NCBI GenBank assembly: GCA_030039155.1
Contig: JASHQL010000156.1
Coordinates: 162 to 64,161, forward strand
From: Streptosporangiaceae bacterium
GTDB taxonomy: Bacteria > Actinomycetota > Actinomycetes > Streptosporangiales > Streptosporangiaceae
Direction of reading: 5' to 3'
DNA length: 64,000 nt
Both the position numbers and the translations under genes were made by a program. Every line of letters starts with the position of its first letter. Position 1 is the stretch's first letter. A model generated the notes under the pieces. That model made no database searches. It was not told the origin of the DNA and was given only the letters and a program-made list of their open reading frames with translations. Positions 19,053-27,906 of this stretch are shown here, in pieces.

Positions 19053-19805
19053 GTGGACGAGGTGTTCAAGGCACTGGCCGACCCGACCAGGCGCGAGCTG
19101 CTCGACGAGCTGTTCCGGGCCGACGGGCAGACGCTGAGTGCCCTTGAGGAGCGGTTCCCGATGACGCGGTTCGGCGTCATGAAGCACCTGCGCCAGCTCG
19201 AGGACGCGGGGCTCGTCGTGACCAGGCGGCGCGGCCGGGAGAAGCTGCACTTCCTCAACCCGGTCCCGATCCGGCTCATCCACGACCGGTGGGTGAGCAA
19301 ATACGCCGAGCCGTGGGTCGCCGGGCTCAGCGGCCTGAAGCGAGAACTGGAGTCTTCGATGGAGAAGGTGTTCGAGATCTACATCCGGACCACGCCGGAG
19401 CGCCTCTGGGACGCGATCACCGACCCGCAGATCCGGGCCAAGTACAACTTCGGCGCCGGGGTCACCTCGGACTGGACGCCCGGATCGGACTACACCATGG
19501 AGGTCAAGGCCAGGGGACTGGTGCTCGGCGAGGGCACGAACCTCGAGGTCGAGCCGCCACGGCGGCTGGTGCAGACCATGACGGCCCTGTGGGGCGAGGA
19601 CGTGCGGGCAGCGGGCACCAGCAGGATCACCTGGGACATCGAGCCGGTCGGGGACTCCTGCAGGCTCTGCGTCACCCACGACCAGCTGCCCGAGGACGCC
19701 AGCGAACAGCTCTACGGCGGCTGGCCGATGATCCTCTCCGGCCTGAAGACCTGGCTGGAGACCGGCGAGCTGCTCACCACGCCCGGCTCGCTGATGTACG
19801 CCTGA
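19053..19805 (+). CDS. ArsR/SmtB-family HTH fused to SRPBCC (AHSA1-like) domain
   Basis: GTG at 19053. FKALADPTRRELLDEL and GVMKHLRQLEDAGLV, followed by an Aha1/SRPBCC-like C-terminal half. Confidence 0.8.
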   Translation: MDEVFKALADPTRRELLDELFRADGQTLSALEERFPMTRFGVMKHLRQLEDAGLVVTRRRGREKLHFLNPVPIRLIHDRWVSKYAEPWVAGLSGLKRELESSMEKVFEIYIRTTPERLWDAITDPQIRAKYNFGAGVTSDWTPGSDYTMEVKARGLVLGEGTNLEVEPPRRLVQTMTALWGEDVRAAGTSRITWDIEPVGDSCRLCVTHDQLPEDASEQLYGGWPMILSGLKTWLETGELLTTPGSLMYA

Positions 19806-19820
19806 CCAGGCCAGCACGCC

Positions 19821-19910
19821 GGTCACCGGCCAGGACGCTGGTCACCGGCCAGGACGCTGGTCACCGGCCAGGACGCCGGTCACCGGCCAGGACGCCGGTC
19901 ACCGGCCAGG
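19821..19910. repeat. 19-bp tandem repeat, 4 full copies plus a 14-bp partial copy
   Basis: ggtcaccggccaggacgcY repeated head to tail at 19821, 19840, 19859, 19878 and 19897 (partial). A degenerate copy lies at 19806-19820. Intergenic. Confidence 0.9.
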
Positions 19911-19966
19911 GATAGGGCACTGGCGTTGGTTGCGCGTTCAAGCTCGAGGGCTAGGCTTTCCGGCTT

Positions 19967-20680
19967 GTGACCGACCTACCAGGGCAGCAAGCGCCAGCAG
20001 CATTCCGCCAGCACCGGTTTACCCCGCCGCCCGGGGCGACTGACCTGCTGCTGGTGCGGCACGGCCAGTCCGAGGCCTATCTGGACGGCACGCTGTTCCC
20101 GCTGGTAGGCGGCCAGGGCGATCCGCCGTTGTCAGACCTCGGGCACGAGCAGGCCAGGCTGGTCGGTGCCCGGCTCGCCGGGGCCGGGATCTCGGCCATC
20201 TACGTGAGCAACCTGCGGCGGACCGCGCAGACCGCGGCGCCGCTGGCCGGCCTGCTCGGCCTGCAGCCGCAGGTCGACGCAGGGCTGCGCGAGGTGCACC
20301 TTGGGGAGTGGGAAGGCGGCGTGTTCCGCAAGATGGTCGCCACCGGCCATCCGATCGCCGAGCGGATGAGCGCCGAGGAGCGGTGGGACGTGATCCCAGG
20401 TGCGGAGCCTGCGGGCGCGCTGGCCGACCGGGTGCGTGCCACGATCCTGCGGATCGCCGCGAGCCACCCCGGTCAGTGCGTCGCCGCCTTCACGCACGGC
20501 GGCATCATCGGGCAGGCGCTCGCGCTCGCCACCGGATCGCGCCCGTTCGCGTTCCTCGGGTCGGACAACGCGTCGGTGTCCCGGCTCGTCATCACCGGCA
20601 ACCGGTGGATCACCAGGAGCTTCAACGACACCGCGCACCTGGAAGCGGCGGACCAGGCGTCACCGGCCCAGCCGGCCTGA
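19967..20680 (+). CDS. histidine phosphatase (phosphoglycerate-mutase-like) family protein
   Basis: GTG start. LLLVRHGQSE catalytic RHG motif and a later THGG motif. Confidence 0.8.
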   Translation: MTDLPGQQAPAAFRQHRFTPPPGATDLLLVRHGQSEAYLDGTLFPLVGGQGDPPLSDLGHEQARLVGARLAGAGISAIYVSNLRRTAQTAAPLAGLLGLQPQVDAGLREVHLGEWEGGVFRKMVATGHPIAERMSAEERWDVIPGAEPAGALADRVRATILRIAASHPGQCVAAFTHGGIIGQALALATGSRPFAFLGSDNASVSRLVITGNRWITRSFNDTAHLEAADQASPAQPA

Positions 20681-20692
20681 CCGGCCGGCGGC

Positions 20693-21088
20693 TCAGCGCT
20701 GGATGGTCGCCAGCTCGCGCGCCATCAGCTCGATCAGCTTCTCCAGCCCGCGCAACGGCCGGGCCAGCACGGTGATGCTGGTGAGCTTGCCGTCGGCGTT
20801 CCACCGCAGCAGGTCGACGCCCTGGACGAACCGGCCGTCAAGCTCGGCCGCAAACTCCAGCGCCGCGCTTGCCTCGTCGAACCACTCGCCGACGTACCGC
20901 AGCGACGGGCCGAGCACCGCGAACGCGGCCGTCAGGTACCAGGTAGTGAGCGCCTTGCCGTCTTGCGGCGCGAACACGGCCGGCGACCTGAACACCACAT
21001 CGTCTGCCAGCAGGTCGTCGAGCAGGGCCGGGTCGCCCGCCGCGACCGCTGCATGCCAGGAGCGCAGGGCAGGTGGCCGATCGGTCAT
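20693..21088 (-). CDS. NTF2/SnoaL-like family protein
   Basis: 131 aa. LLADDVVFRSPAVF-type SnoaL pattern. Confidence 0.65.
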   Translation of the reverse strand: MTDRPPALRSWHAAVAAGDPALLDDLLADDVVFRSPAVFAPQDGKALTTWYLTAAFAVLGPSLRYVGEWFDEASAALEFAAELDGRFVQGVDLLRWNADGKLTSITVLARPLRGLEKLIELMARELATIQR

Positions 21089-21168
21089 GCCGCCAGTCTG
21101 ACAGCAGTGAAGTTCTTACCCCAAAAACGGTCCACGAACTTCACTGCTCTCTGGGCATACTGGCCGAC

Positions 21169-22179
21169 GTGCAGAACCCGGCGGTGGTGTTCACCGCGCC
21201 AGGCGAGGTGACGCTGCAGGACCTGCCGGTGCCAGAGCCCGGCCCCGGTGAGGTCTTGCTGCGCACCAGCCGGACGCTGATCAGCACGGGCACCGAGCTG
21301 ACCATCCTGTCCGGCAGGTTCCCGGCGGACTCCGCCTGGGGCCGGTACGGCCGGTTCCCGTTCGCCGCCGGGTACAGCGCGGCCGGCCAGGTGGCCGCCG
21401 TCGGGCCTGACGTCCGGCAGGTTCAGGTCGGCGACCTGGTGGCCGCCAGCACGCCGCACGCCAGGTACGCGACGGCCACTGCGGGTTCGCTGGTGGCGGC
21501 CGGCGATGCGGCGGACCAGCTCGACTACCTGCCGTTCACCAACCTCGGCTGCACGGCGATGAACGGCGTGCGCAGGTCGGGCGCCAGCCTGGGCGATGCA
21601 GTGGTGATCTTCGGGCTCGGCATCGTCGGCCAGCTCGCCATGCGGCTGTGCTACCTGACCGGCGCCCGTCCGGTGATCGGCGTCGACGTGGCCGCCCTGC
21701 GGCTGGCCGCCGTTCCCGGCTGGCCTGGCGTGGCGGCGGTCGACGCTTCAGCCGGGGATGTGGCGGGCCGGGTTGCCGAACTCACCGGCGGCCGGATGGC
21801 GGACGTGGTGTTCGAGGTCACCGGCGACCCGGAGCTGATACCCGGCGAGTTCGCCGCGCTGAAGCCGCGCGACGGGCGCTTCGTCGTGCTCAGCAGCCCG
21901 CGCGGCCCGACCACGATCGATCTGCACGATCTGTGCAACTCGCCGAGCCACACCATCATCGGCGCGCATACGACCTCACAGCCGGCCGTCGAGACATTGG
22001 CCAGCCCGTGGACGCGTGCCCGTAACGGCGAGCTGTTCGCCCGGCTGCTGGCCGGCCGCGAGCTGGACCTGGGCCCGCTGGTCACGCACCGGTGGCCGGC
22101 CGGCGATGCGGTCGCTGCCTACCAGCTGCTCGTCGCCGACCGGAGCAGGGCGCTCGGTGTCGTGCTCAGCTGGGATTGA
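21169..22179 (+). CDS. MDR-family zinc-type alcohol dehydrogenase-like oxidoreductase
   Basis: GTG at 21169. GEVLLRTSRTLISTGTE and Rossmann motif VIFGLGIVGQLA. Confidence 0.75.
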   Translation: MQNPAVVFTAPGEVTLQDLPVPEPGPGEVLLRTSRTLISTGTELTILSGRFPADSAWGRYGRFPFAAGYSAAGQVAAVGPDVRQVQVGDLVAASTPHARYATATAGSLVAAGDAADQLDYLPFTNLGCTAMNGVRRSGASLGDAVVIFGLGIVGQLAMRLCYLTGARPVIGVDVAALRLAAVPGWPGVAAVDASAGDVAGRVAELTGGRMADVVFEVTGDPELIPGEFAALKPRDGRFVVLSSPRGPTTIDLHDLCNSPSHTIIGAHTTSQPAVETLASPWTRARNGELFARLLAGRELDLGPLVTHRWPAGDAVAAYQLLVADRSRALGVVLSWD

Positions 22180-23182
22180 GGACCGGGCGTACCTCGCCGA
22201 CCCGGACCGGGCGGTGCTCGCGCAGCGAGACCGCTGCCGCCTCGGCCGCCAGCTCTGACTCGATCGCGTCGGCCACCGGGCACGGCGAGGCCATGCCGCC
22301 GGCCACTAGCTGCGCGAAGGCGGCCAGCTCGGCCCGGTACGCCTGGGCGAAGCGCTCCATGAACGTCGGGTAGGCCGGCCCGCGCGGGAACTGCGCGCCT
22401 GCCTCAAGCGACCCGAGCGGCAGCCGGTCGTCAAGCCCGGCCGCGACGCTGTCCGCCGAACCGTGCAGCTCCAGCCTGGTGTCGTAGCCGCGGCCGTTGT
22501 ACCGGGTGTTGGAGATCACCGCGAGCGTGCCGTCGTCCAGCGTGACCACGCACGCCCCGGTGTCGACGTCGGGGATGTCCGCGATCCACTGCTCGCCCTT
22601 GTTGCTGCCGGTGGCGTAGACCTCGGCCACTTCGCGGCCGGTCACCCAGCGGATGATGTCGAAGTCGTGCACGGTGCAGTCCCGGTACATCCCGCCCGAG
22701 CTTTCCAGGTAGGCGTGCGACGGGGGATAGGGATCGAGCGTCGTGGACCTGATCGAATGCAGCCAGCCGAGCCTGCCCGCACGCAGGTCAGCTCGCGCCC
22801 GGATGCAGGCGGGGTCGAACCTGCGCTGATAGCCGATCTGGATCCGGTCCGCCCAGTCCTGCACGTCGCGGGCAAGCTCTGCCGCCTCTGCGGCGCTGTG
22901 CGCCACCGGCTTCTCGCAGAACACCGGGATGCGGGCGGCGGCCGCCTGGCGCAGCAGGTCCGGGTGCGTGCCGGTGCTGGTGGCGATGACCAGTCCGTCG
23001 ATGCCCGAGTGCCACAGCGCGGCCGCGTCCTCGGCTGTCTCCGCGTGCCATCGCCCGGCTAGCTGGCCGGCCATGCCAGGCAGCAGGTCGGCCACGACGA
23101 GGCCGTCGACGGCCGGCAGCGCGGACAGGATGTCGGCGTGATAGGCACCGATCCGGCCGAGGCCGAGCAGCCCGAGCCTCAT
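22166..23182 (-). CDS. Gfo/Idh/MocA-family oxidoreductase (inositol-dehydrogenase-like)
   Basis: Trimmed to ATG at 23182. MRLGLLGLGRIGAYH Rossmann N-terminus and EKP motif (FCEKPVA). Confidence 0.8.
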   Translation of the reverse strand: MRLGLLGLGRIGAYHADILSALPAVDGLVVADLLPGMAGQLAGRWHAETAEDAAALWHSGIDGLVIATSTGTHPDLLRQAAAARIPVFCEKPVAHSAAEAAELARDVQDWADRIQIGYQRRFDPACIRARADLRAGRLGWLHSIRSTTLDPYPPSHAYLESSGGMYRDCTVHDFDIIRWVTGREVAEVYATGSNKGEQWIADIPDVDTGACVVTLDDGTLAVISNTRYNGRGYDTRLELHGSADSVAAGLDDRLPLGSLEAGAQFPRGPAYPTFMERFAQAYRAELAAFAQLVAGGMASPCPVADAIESELAAEAAAVSLREHRPVRVGEVRPVLNPS

Positions 23183-23472
23183 GGCGTGGCCGCGCCGTGG
23201 GTGACCGGCAGGATCTCGACCAGCCGCCGCCACCTAGGGCTGTAGGTCACCTCCGCCAATTCGCCCACCGCGATGCGGTGGTACTGGTCGTCGGTGACCT
23301 GGTAGGAGTGCCCCGCTGCGGAGATGCCGTCGTCCACGCAGAGGTAATACCGGTCGGGCTCCTCGCTGTCGGTAACCTTCCAGCGCTTCACGATCTCGCC
23401 GGTATAGCTCGCGCGGTCTGGCAGGCTCATCCGGCGAGCATACGCAGGCAGCCAAAGCCCGAGGATCACCAT
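23179..23472 (-). CDS. hypothetical protein, possibly the displaced C-terminus of the upstream membrane protein
   Basis: ORF from ATG at 23472 (MVILGLWLPAYARR...). A hydrophobic start is followed by a soluble tail, with an alternative ATG at 23430. It overlaps the end of 23466..24275 in another frame. Confidence 0.4.
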   Translation of the reverse strand: MVILGLWLPAYARRMSLPDRASYTGEIVKRWKVTDSEEPDRYYLCVDDGISAAGHSYQVTDDQYHRIAVGELAEVTYSPRWRRLVEILPVTHGAATP

Positions 23473-24275
23473 GCCGCCGGCCGCGGCCGGGGCGGCCCGA
23501 TGAGCAGGCCCTGCGCGTGATTGTGGTCGGCAGCCAGGCCGATGGCGGAGCTGACGATGGTCCCGGCGGCCGTGTAGAACCCGAGCGGCAACAGCGGCCA
23601 CAGCGTGCTCCACCGCGGCGGTGCCTGCAACCGGCCGACGCAGACCGGGTGCCAGCTGCCGCCGGAACAGGACCAGGCCTGGCCCTTCGGCAGCGGCATG
23701 CCGGGCGTCGCGGCGGCCGGCCGGACGCCCTGCTGCCGGTACCGCCTGGCTGCGGCCACTCCGGCTGGCGTGGGCCGCCAGCGGATCAGCAGCAACGGCG
23801 CGACAAGCGCGATCCCGAGGACGTCGCCGGCCACCACCGCGGCGTGCCCGGCCTGGTGGCTGACCTGCGACGCGATGATGACGGCCAGGCCGCCCGCGAG
23901 CGCCAGGGCCAGCAGGACCCAGCACACCGTGCGGCCAGGCGAGCGCCTTGCCAGGCCCGCCTGCCTGGCCTGACTGCCGAGCGCGTCGGTCAGTTCCTTG
24001 CGCCACTGGGTGAAGTCATCGCCGTCGTCGCTGAGCAGCACGGGCAGCGGCACGGCTCCGCGCCCGGCCGCCCGGCTGCGCACCCGGTCCACGGTGAGCT
24101 GCTCGAAGGGCAGCAGCGGCCGGCCTGACGGCGGTGCGGCTGCGGCAACCCCGATCGAGAGCACGCCGTCCGGATCCGGCTGCGACCTGAGCACGCCGCC
24201 TGCCGCCAGCGCGAGGACGACGGTGGTGCCGACCTGCGGCGAGTACCTGCAGTTGCTGACCAGGAACGCGATCAC
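23466..24275 (-). CDS. hypothetical multi-pass membrane protein
   Basis: GTG at 24275, just downstream of the enoyl-CoA hydratase stop. Hydrophobic helices VCWVLLALALAGGLAVIIA, VLGIALVAPLLLI and LWPLLPLGFYTAAGTIVSSAIGL. Confidence 0.5.
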   Translation of the reverse strand: MIAFLVSNCRYSPQVGTTVVLALAAGGVLRSQPDPDGVLSIGVAAAAPPSGRPLLPFEQLTVDRVRSRAAGRGAVPLPVLLSDDGDDFTQWRKELTDALGSQARQAGLARRSPGRTVCWVLLALALAGGLAVIIASQVSHQAGHAAVVAGDVLGIALVAPLLLIRWRPTPAGVAAARRYRQQGVRPAAATPGMPLPKGQAWSCSGGSWHPVCVGRLQAPPRWSTLWPLLPLGFYTAAGTIVSSAIGLAADHNHAQGLLIGPPRPRPAAW

Positions 24276-24300
24276 CGCGTCCGGCGGCGGTGCGGGTGAG

Positions 24301-25119
24301 CTAGCGGCCGGTGAACCGGGGCTGCCGCTTCTCGGCGAATGCGCGCTGGCCCTCCAGGTAGTCCTGCGAGCCGAAGCAGGCCTCGACCATGGCCGCCACC
24401 CTGGCCAGGTCGCGGCGGTCGGCTGGCTTGCCCGCCTCCCGGATCGCGGCCTTCGCGGCAGTGACCGTGAGCGGGGCGTTCCCGGCGATGTCAGCGGCAA
24501 GGTCGGTCACCTCCCGCTTCAGGAACGGTCCTGGCACGATCCGGTTCACCAGGCCCATCTGCAGCGCCTCGGCTGCGGAGAAGCGCCTGGCCGAGAACAA
24601 GATCTCCGCGGTCCTTGCCGGGCCGACCAGGTTGATCAGCGCGGTGACGCCGCCGAAGCCGTAGCCGAGGCCGAGCCTGGCGGCCGGGATGCCGAACTGG
24701 CTGTCGTCCGCGGCGATGCGGATATCCGCCTGCAGCGCGGTGAGCAGGCCGCCGCCCATGCAGAAGCCGCGGATCATCGCGATCACGGGCTTATCCAGGC
24801 CGGCCCAGGCCTGGCCGATCGCGGCCATGCTGGCGTCGAACTCTGCGCGCGCCGCCGCGGAGGTGCGCTGCTCGGCGAACTCGGAGATGTCGGCTCCGGA
24901 CACGAACGCCTTGTCGCCGGACCCGGTGATGACCACGACCCGGACCCCGTCGTCGCCCTGCAGCGCGGCCAGCGCGGCTGGCAGCGCAACCCGCATCTGC
25001 GCCGACATCGCGTTTCGCTTCAGCGGGTTGTTGAAGGTCAGCGTGGCAATCCCGGCGCTGACGTCGATCAGCAGCATGTCGGTGCCGGTCTGGTACTGGC
25101 TGCCGCCAGGTGCGGTCAT
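24301..25119 (-). CDS. enoyl-CoA hydratase/isomerase (crotonase) family protein
   Basis: ATLTFNNPLKRNAMS, FVSGADISEF and MIRGFCMGGG motifs. An alternative ATG lies at 25077. Confidence 0.85.
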   Translation of the reverse strand: MTAPGGSQYQTGTDMLLIDVSAGIATLTFNNPLKRNAMSAQMRVALPAALAALQGDDGVRVVVITGSGDKAFVSGADISEFAEQRTSAAARAEFDASMAAIGQAWAGLDKPVIAMIRGFCMGGGLLTALQADIRIAADDSQFGIPAARLGLGYGFGGVTALINLVGPARTAEILFSARRFSAAEALQMGLVNRIVPGPFLKREVTDLAADIAGNAPLTVTAAKAAIREAGKPADRRDLARVAAMVEACFGSQDYLEGQRAFAEKRQPRFTGR

Positions 25120-25129
25120 GTGCGTCCCT

Positions 25130-26323
25130 TCAGATCACCCGCTGGCTGCGGAGCGCGCCGATCTCGGCCGCGGAGTAGCCAAGCTCGGCAAGCACCTCGC
25201 CGGTGTGCGCGCCGGCGTCCGGGCTCGGCGTCCGCACGGTGCCGCCGGCGGCGGCTGGCCCGCCGGTCATCCGCACCGCGTTCCTGAGTATGTCGAGCCT
25301 GCCGAGGTCAGGGTGCTGCACCGCGCCGGTCATGGCCAGGTGCCGCACCTGCGGATCGGCGAATACCTCGTCCATCCGGTAGACCGGTCCGCATGGCACT
25401 CCTGCCTGGTTCAGCGCCGTCACCCAGAAGGCGGTGGTATTGCCGCGCAGCCGGTCGCCGAGCAGGTCGTTCAGCGCGTCGCGATTCGCGTGCCGCCTGG
25501 CGGCGGTGTCGAACCGCGGGTCGGCCGGCAGGCCGGGCAAGCCGGCCACCTCGCACAGGCTGCGCAGCAGCCGCCCGCCTGGCGCGCCCAGGTTGACCCA
25601 GCCATCGGCGGTGCGGAAGCAGCCCATCGGCACCCCGAGCGGGTGGTGGTTGCCCGCCGGGCCTGGCACCTCATGGTCGACCGTCCAGCGGGCTGCCTGG
25701 AAGTCCATCATCGCGATCATGGACTCCAGCAGCGAGGTCTGTACCCAGCAGCCCTCGCCGGTGCTGTCCCTGTCATGCAGCGCGACCAGCACGCCGATCG
25801 CGAGGTACAGGCCCGCTGCCAGGTCGGCGACCGGGATCCCGGCCCTGACCGGCTCGGCGCCGAGCCCGGTGACGCTCATCAGGCCGCCCATGCCCTGGGC
25901 GATCTGGTCCACCCCGCCGCGGCCGCCGTACGGGCCGTCCTGGCCGAACCCGGAGATCGACCCGTAGACCAGCCGCGGATTGCGCGCGTGCACCGCCTCG
26001 AAGCCGAAGCCGAGCCGGTGCTTGACCGGCGGGCGCATGTTCTCGATCAGCACGTCCGCGGTGTCCACCAGGCGCATCAGCACGTCCTGCGCGGCCGGTG
26101 CCTTGAGATTGAGCGACAGCGACCGCTTGTTGCGGTGCAGCTGCTGGAAGTCGCTGTCATGGCGGGCGCCGCCGGTGCTTGGCTGGCCGGCATCGGCCGG
26201 CGGCAGGTCGATCCTGATCACGTCGGCGCCCCAGTCGGCGAGCTGGCGTACGCAGGTCGGCCCGGCCCGCGCCACGGTCAGGTCGATGACCCTGATGTCA
26301 GCGAGCGGGAGCTTGGCGGCCAT
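25130..26323 (-). CDS. family III CoA-transferase (CaiB/BaiF-like)
   Basis: Trimmed to ATG at 26323. IRVIDLTVARAGPTCVRQLADWGADVIRI N-terminus and GFGQDGPY motif. Confidence 0.85.
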   Translation of the reverse strand: MAAKLPLADIRVIDLTVARAGPTCVRQLADWGADVIRIDLPPADAGQPSTGGARHDSDFQQLHRNKRSLSLNLKAPAAQDVLMRLVDTADVLIENMRPPVKHRLGFGFEAVHARNPRLVYGSISGFGQDGPYGGRGGVDQIAQGMGGLMSVTGLGAEPVRAGIPVADLAAGLYLAIGVLVALHDRDSTGEGCWVQTSLLESMIAMMDFQAARWTVDHEVPGPAGNHHPLGVPMGCFRTADGWVNLGAPGGRLLRSLCEVAGLPGLPADPRFDTAARRHANRDALNDLLGDRLRGNTTAFWVTALNQAGVPCGPVYRMDEVFADPQVRHLAMTGAVQHPDLGRLDILRNAVRMTGGPAAAGGTVRTPSPDAGAHTGEVLAELGYSAAEIGALRSQRVI

Positions 26324-26356
26324 GCCGGTACCGGCCTTCCGTGCGCAGCCTGGGCG

Positions 26357-26385
26357 TTGACGAATCAAATGAACAGATTTTTAAT
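26357..26385 (+). promoter_or_regulatory. candidate sigma70-type promoter for the R2-like/SCP2 operon
   Basis: TTGACG (26357-26362), a 17-nt spacer, then TTTAAT (26380-26385). Lies in an AT-rich patch about 40 nt upstream of RBS aggagg and ATG 26425. Confidence 0.4.
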
Positions 26386-26424
26386 AGCACGTACGAGAAG
26401 CACTGTCAGCAGGAGGCCGCAGGC

Positions 26425-27429
26425 ATGACCGAACGCAAGAGCCCGACGGCTGTGCTGCACGAAGGCCCGCGTGCGCTCACCGACGAGCAGGTCCGCGAGA
26501 TCGAGGAGACCGAGCTCGACGGCGTGCTCGCCGTCGACATCGACGACGTGATCGAGTACGTGCACCGGGACCTGAAGTCGCTGCCCGACTTCATGACGCT
26601 GTACCGCAGGTACCTGAAGCAGCGCTGGGACGTGTACGACCTGGACTTCACCCAGGACAAGATCGACTGGACCGAGAAGATGACCGCCGAGGAGCGTGAG
26701 TCGTTCACCGCCATCTCGTCCGGGTTCCACCACGGTGAGCGGCAGGTGGAGATCGAGCTGCCGGTGTTCATGATCGGCGCGAGCGAGGAGGAGAAGGTCC
26801 ACATCGCCGCGCAGATCGAGGACGAGGCGCGGCACACGGTGTTCTTCGACCGGTTCTACCGCGAGGTCGTCGGCCTGGACGGCGACGACATCATGGACGT
26901 GCTCGACGCGTCGTTCCCCTGGGTGTCGGAGACGTTTGTCGGGCCGTTCGGGCTGCTTGCCTATCAGGCCGACGAGGTGCGGCTCAACCCGTACGACGAG
27001 CGGGCCAGGGTGCGGTACGGCACCACCTACTTCCTGTGGATCGAGGGCGTGCTGGCGCTGTCGGTGATGAAGGTGACGCTGTCCTACGCGCGCTGGCGCG
27101 GGGTCCTGCCCGCCTACTACACCGGCTTCACCGCCACCTGCCGGGACGAGTCGCGGCACGTGCAGGGCGGCATGAAGTACCTGCAGGACGCGGTCCGCAA
27201 GGACCCCACGATGATCCACGAGATCCACAACACGCTGCGCACGATCCTGTCGATGTCGGGGGTGGCCAGCCGCCGGATCTACTTCGAGCCGCTTGGCTGG
27301 ACCGAGGAAGAGGTGAACCTGCTGTTCATCCAGCAGCTCCGCCGCAAGCTCAACGACGTCGGCATCGACCTGGCGCCTGACCTGGAAGAGATGCTCAACT
27401 ACGTCAAGCCAGAGCTGGCAGGCGGCTGA
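26425..27429 (+). CDS. ferritin-like di-metal carboxylate protein, RNR-R2 / R2-like ligand-binding-oxidase family
   Basis: RBS aggagg, then ATG at 26425. ExxH motifs EDEARH and RDESRH. About 334 aa. Confidence 0.7.
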   Translation: MTERKSPTAVLHEGPRALTDEQVREIEETELDGVLAVDIDDVIEYVHRDLKSLPDFMTLYRRYLKQRWDVYDLDFTQDKIDWTEKMTAEERESFTAISSGFHHGERQVEIELPVFMIGASEEEKVHIAAQIEDEARHTVFFDRFYREVVGLDGDDIMDVLDASFPWVSETFVGPFGLLAYQADEVRLNPYDERARVRYGTTYFLWIEGVLALSVMKVTLSYARWRGVLPAYYTGFTATCRDESRHVQGGMKYLQDAVRKDPTMIHEIHNTLRTILSMSGVASRRIYFEPLGWTEEEVNLLFIQQLRRKLNDVGIDLAPDLEEMLNYVKPELAGG

Positions 27430-27432
27430 GCG

Positions 27433-27906
27433 ATGACCGAGCCGAAGTTCTTCACCAAGGAATGGGCCGACGCGGTCAGGGAGGCGCTGATCGCCGGGCC
27501 GCCAGAGCAGGCGCGCGTCGGCAAGCTGCAGGAGTACTGGGACTTCTTCGATCTGGTCAAGAGCCTGTATCCGGCGTCCTGGGCGCTTGGCTGCCGTGAC
27601 CTGCCAGCCGAGCTCGGCGACGGCCCGGCGTACCTGCTCGTGCAGTGGGGCGGCGGCACCGTCAGCAACGCCGCGATCATCGGGCCAGACGAGCCGGTCG
27701 AGGCCACGTTCGTGCTGAACATGGACTACGCGGACTGGAAGGCGCTGCATGAGGGCTATGACGCGCAGCGAACCGTGATGTACCGCAAGATCCTGCTCGA
27801 GGACGGGCCGCTGCTCGAGTTCTTCAAGCCGATCTACTTCTTCGTCGAGTGCCTCGCGGTCATTGGCGCGCTGCCTGCGCAGTACCCGGAGCTGACCAAG
27901 TCGTAA
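27433..27906 (+). CDS. SCP2 sterol/lipid-binding-domain protein
   Basis: Starts 4 nt after the previous stop. FFTKEWADAVREAL and YRKILLEDG-type SCP2 pattern. 157 aa. Confidence 0.6.
   Translation: MTEPKFFTKEWADAVREALIAGPPEQARVGKLQEYWDFFDLVKSLYPASWALGCRDLPAELGDGPAYLLVQWGGGTVSNAAIIGPDEPVEATFVLNMDYADWKALHEGYDAQRTVMYRKILLEDGPLLEFFKPIYFFVECLAVIGALPAQYPELTKS

Noticed and set aside
19821-19910. Possible CRISPR array
   Set aside because: The repeats are directly adjacent with no spacers. The unit is only 19 bp and no cas genes are present. This is a simple tandem repeat.
24689-27750. 579-aa plus-strand ORF and 461-aa minus-strand ORF antisense to the CoA-transferase and R2-like genes
   Set aside because: Shadow ORFs. 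The opposite strands carry proteins with clear family signatures and proper RBS/start signals.
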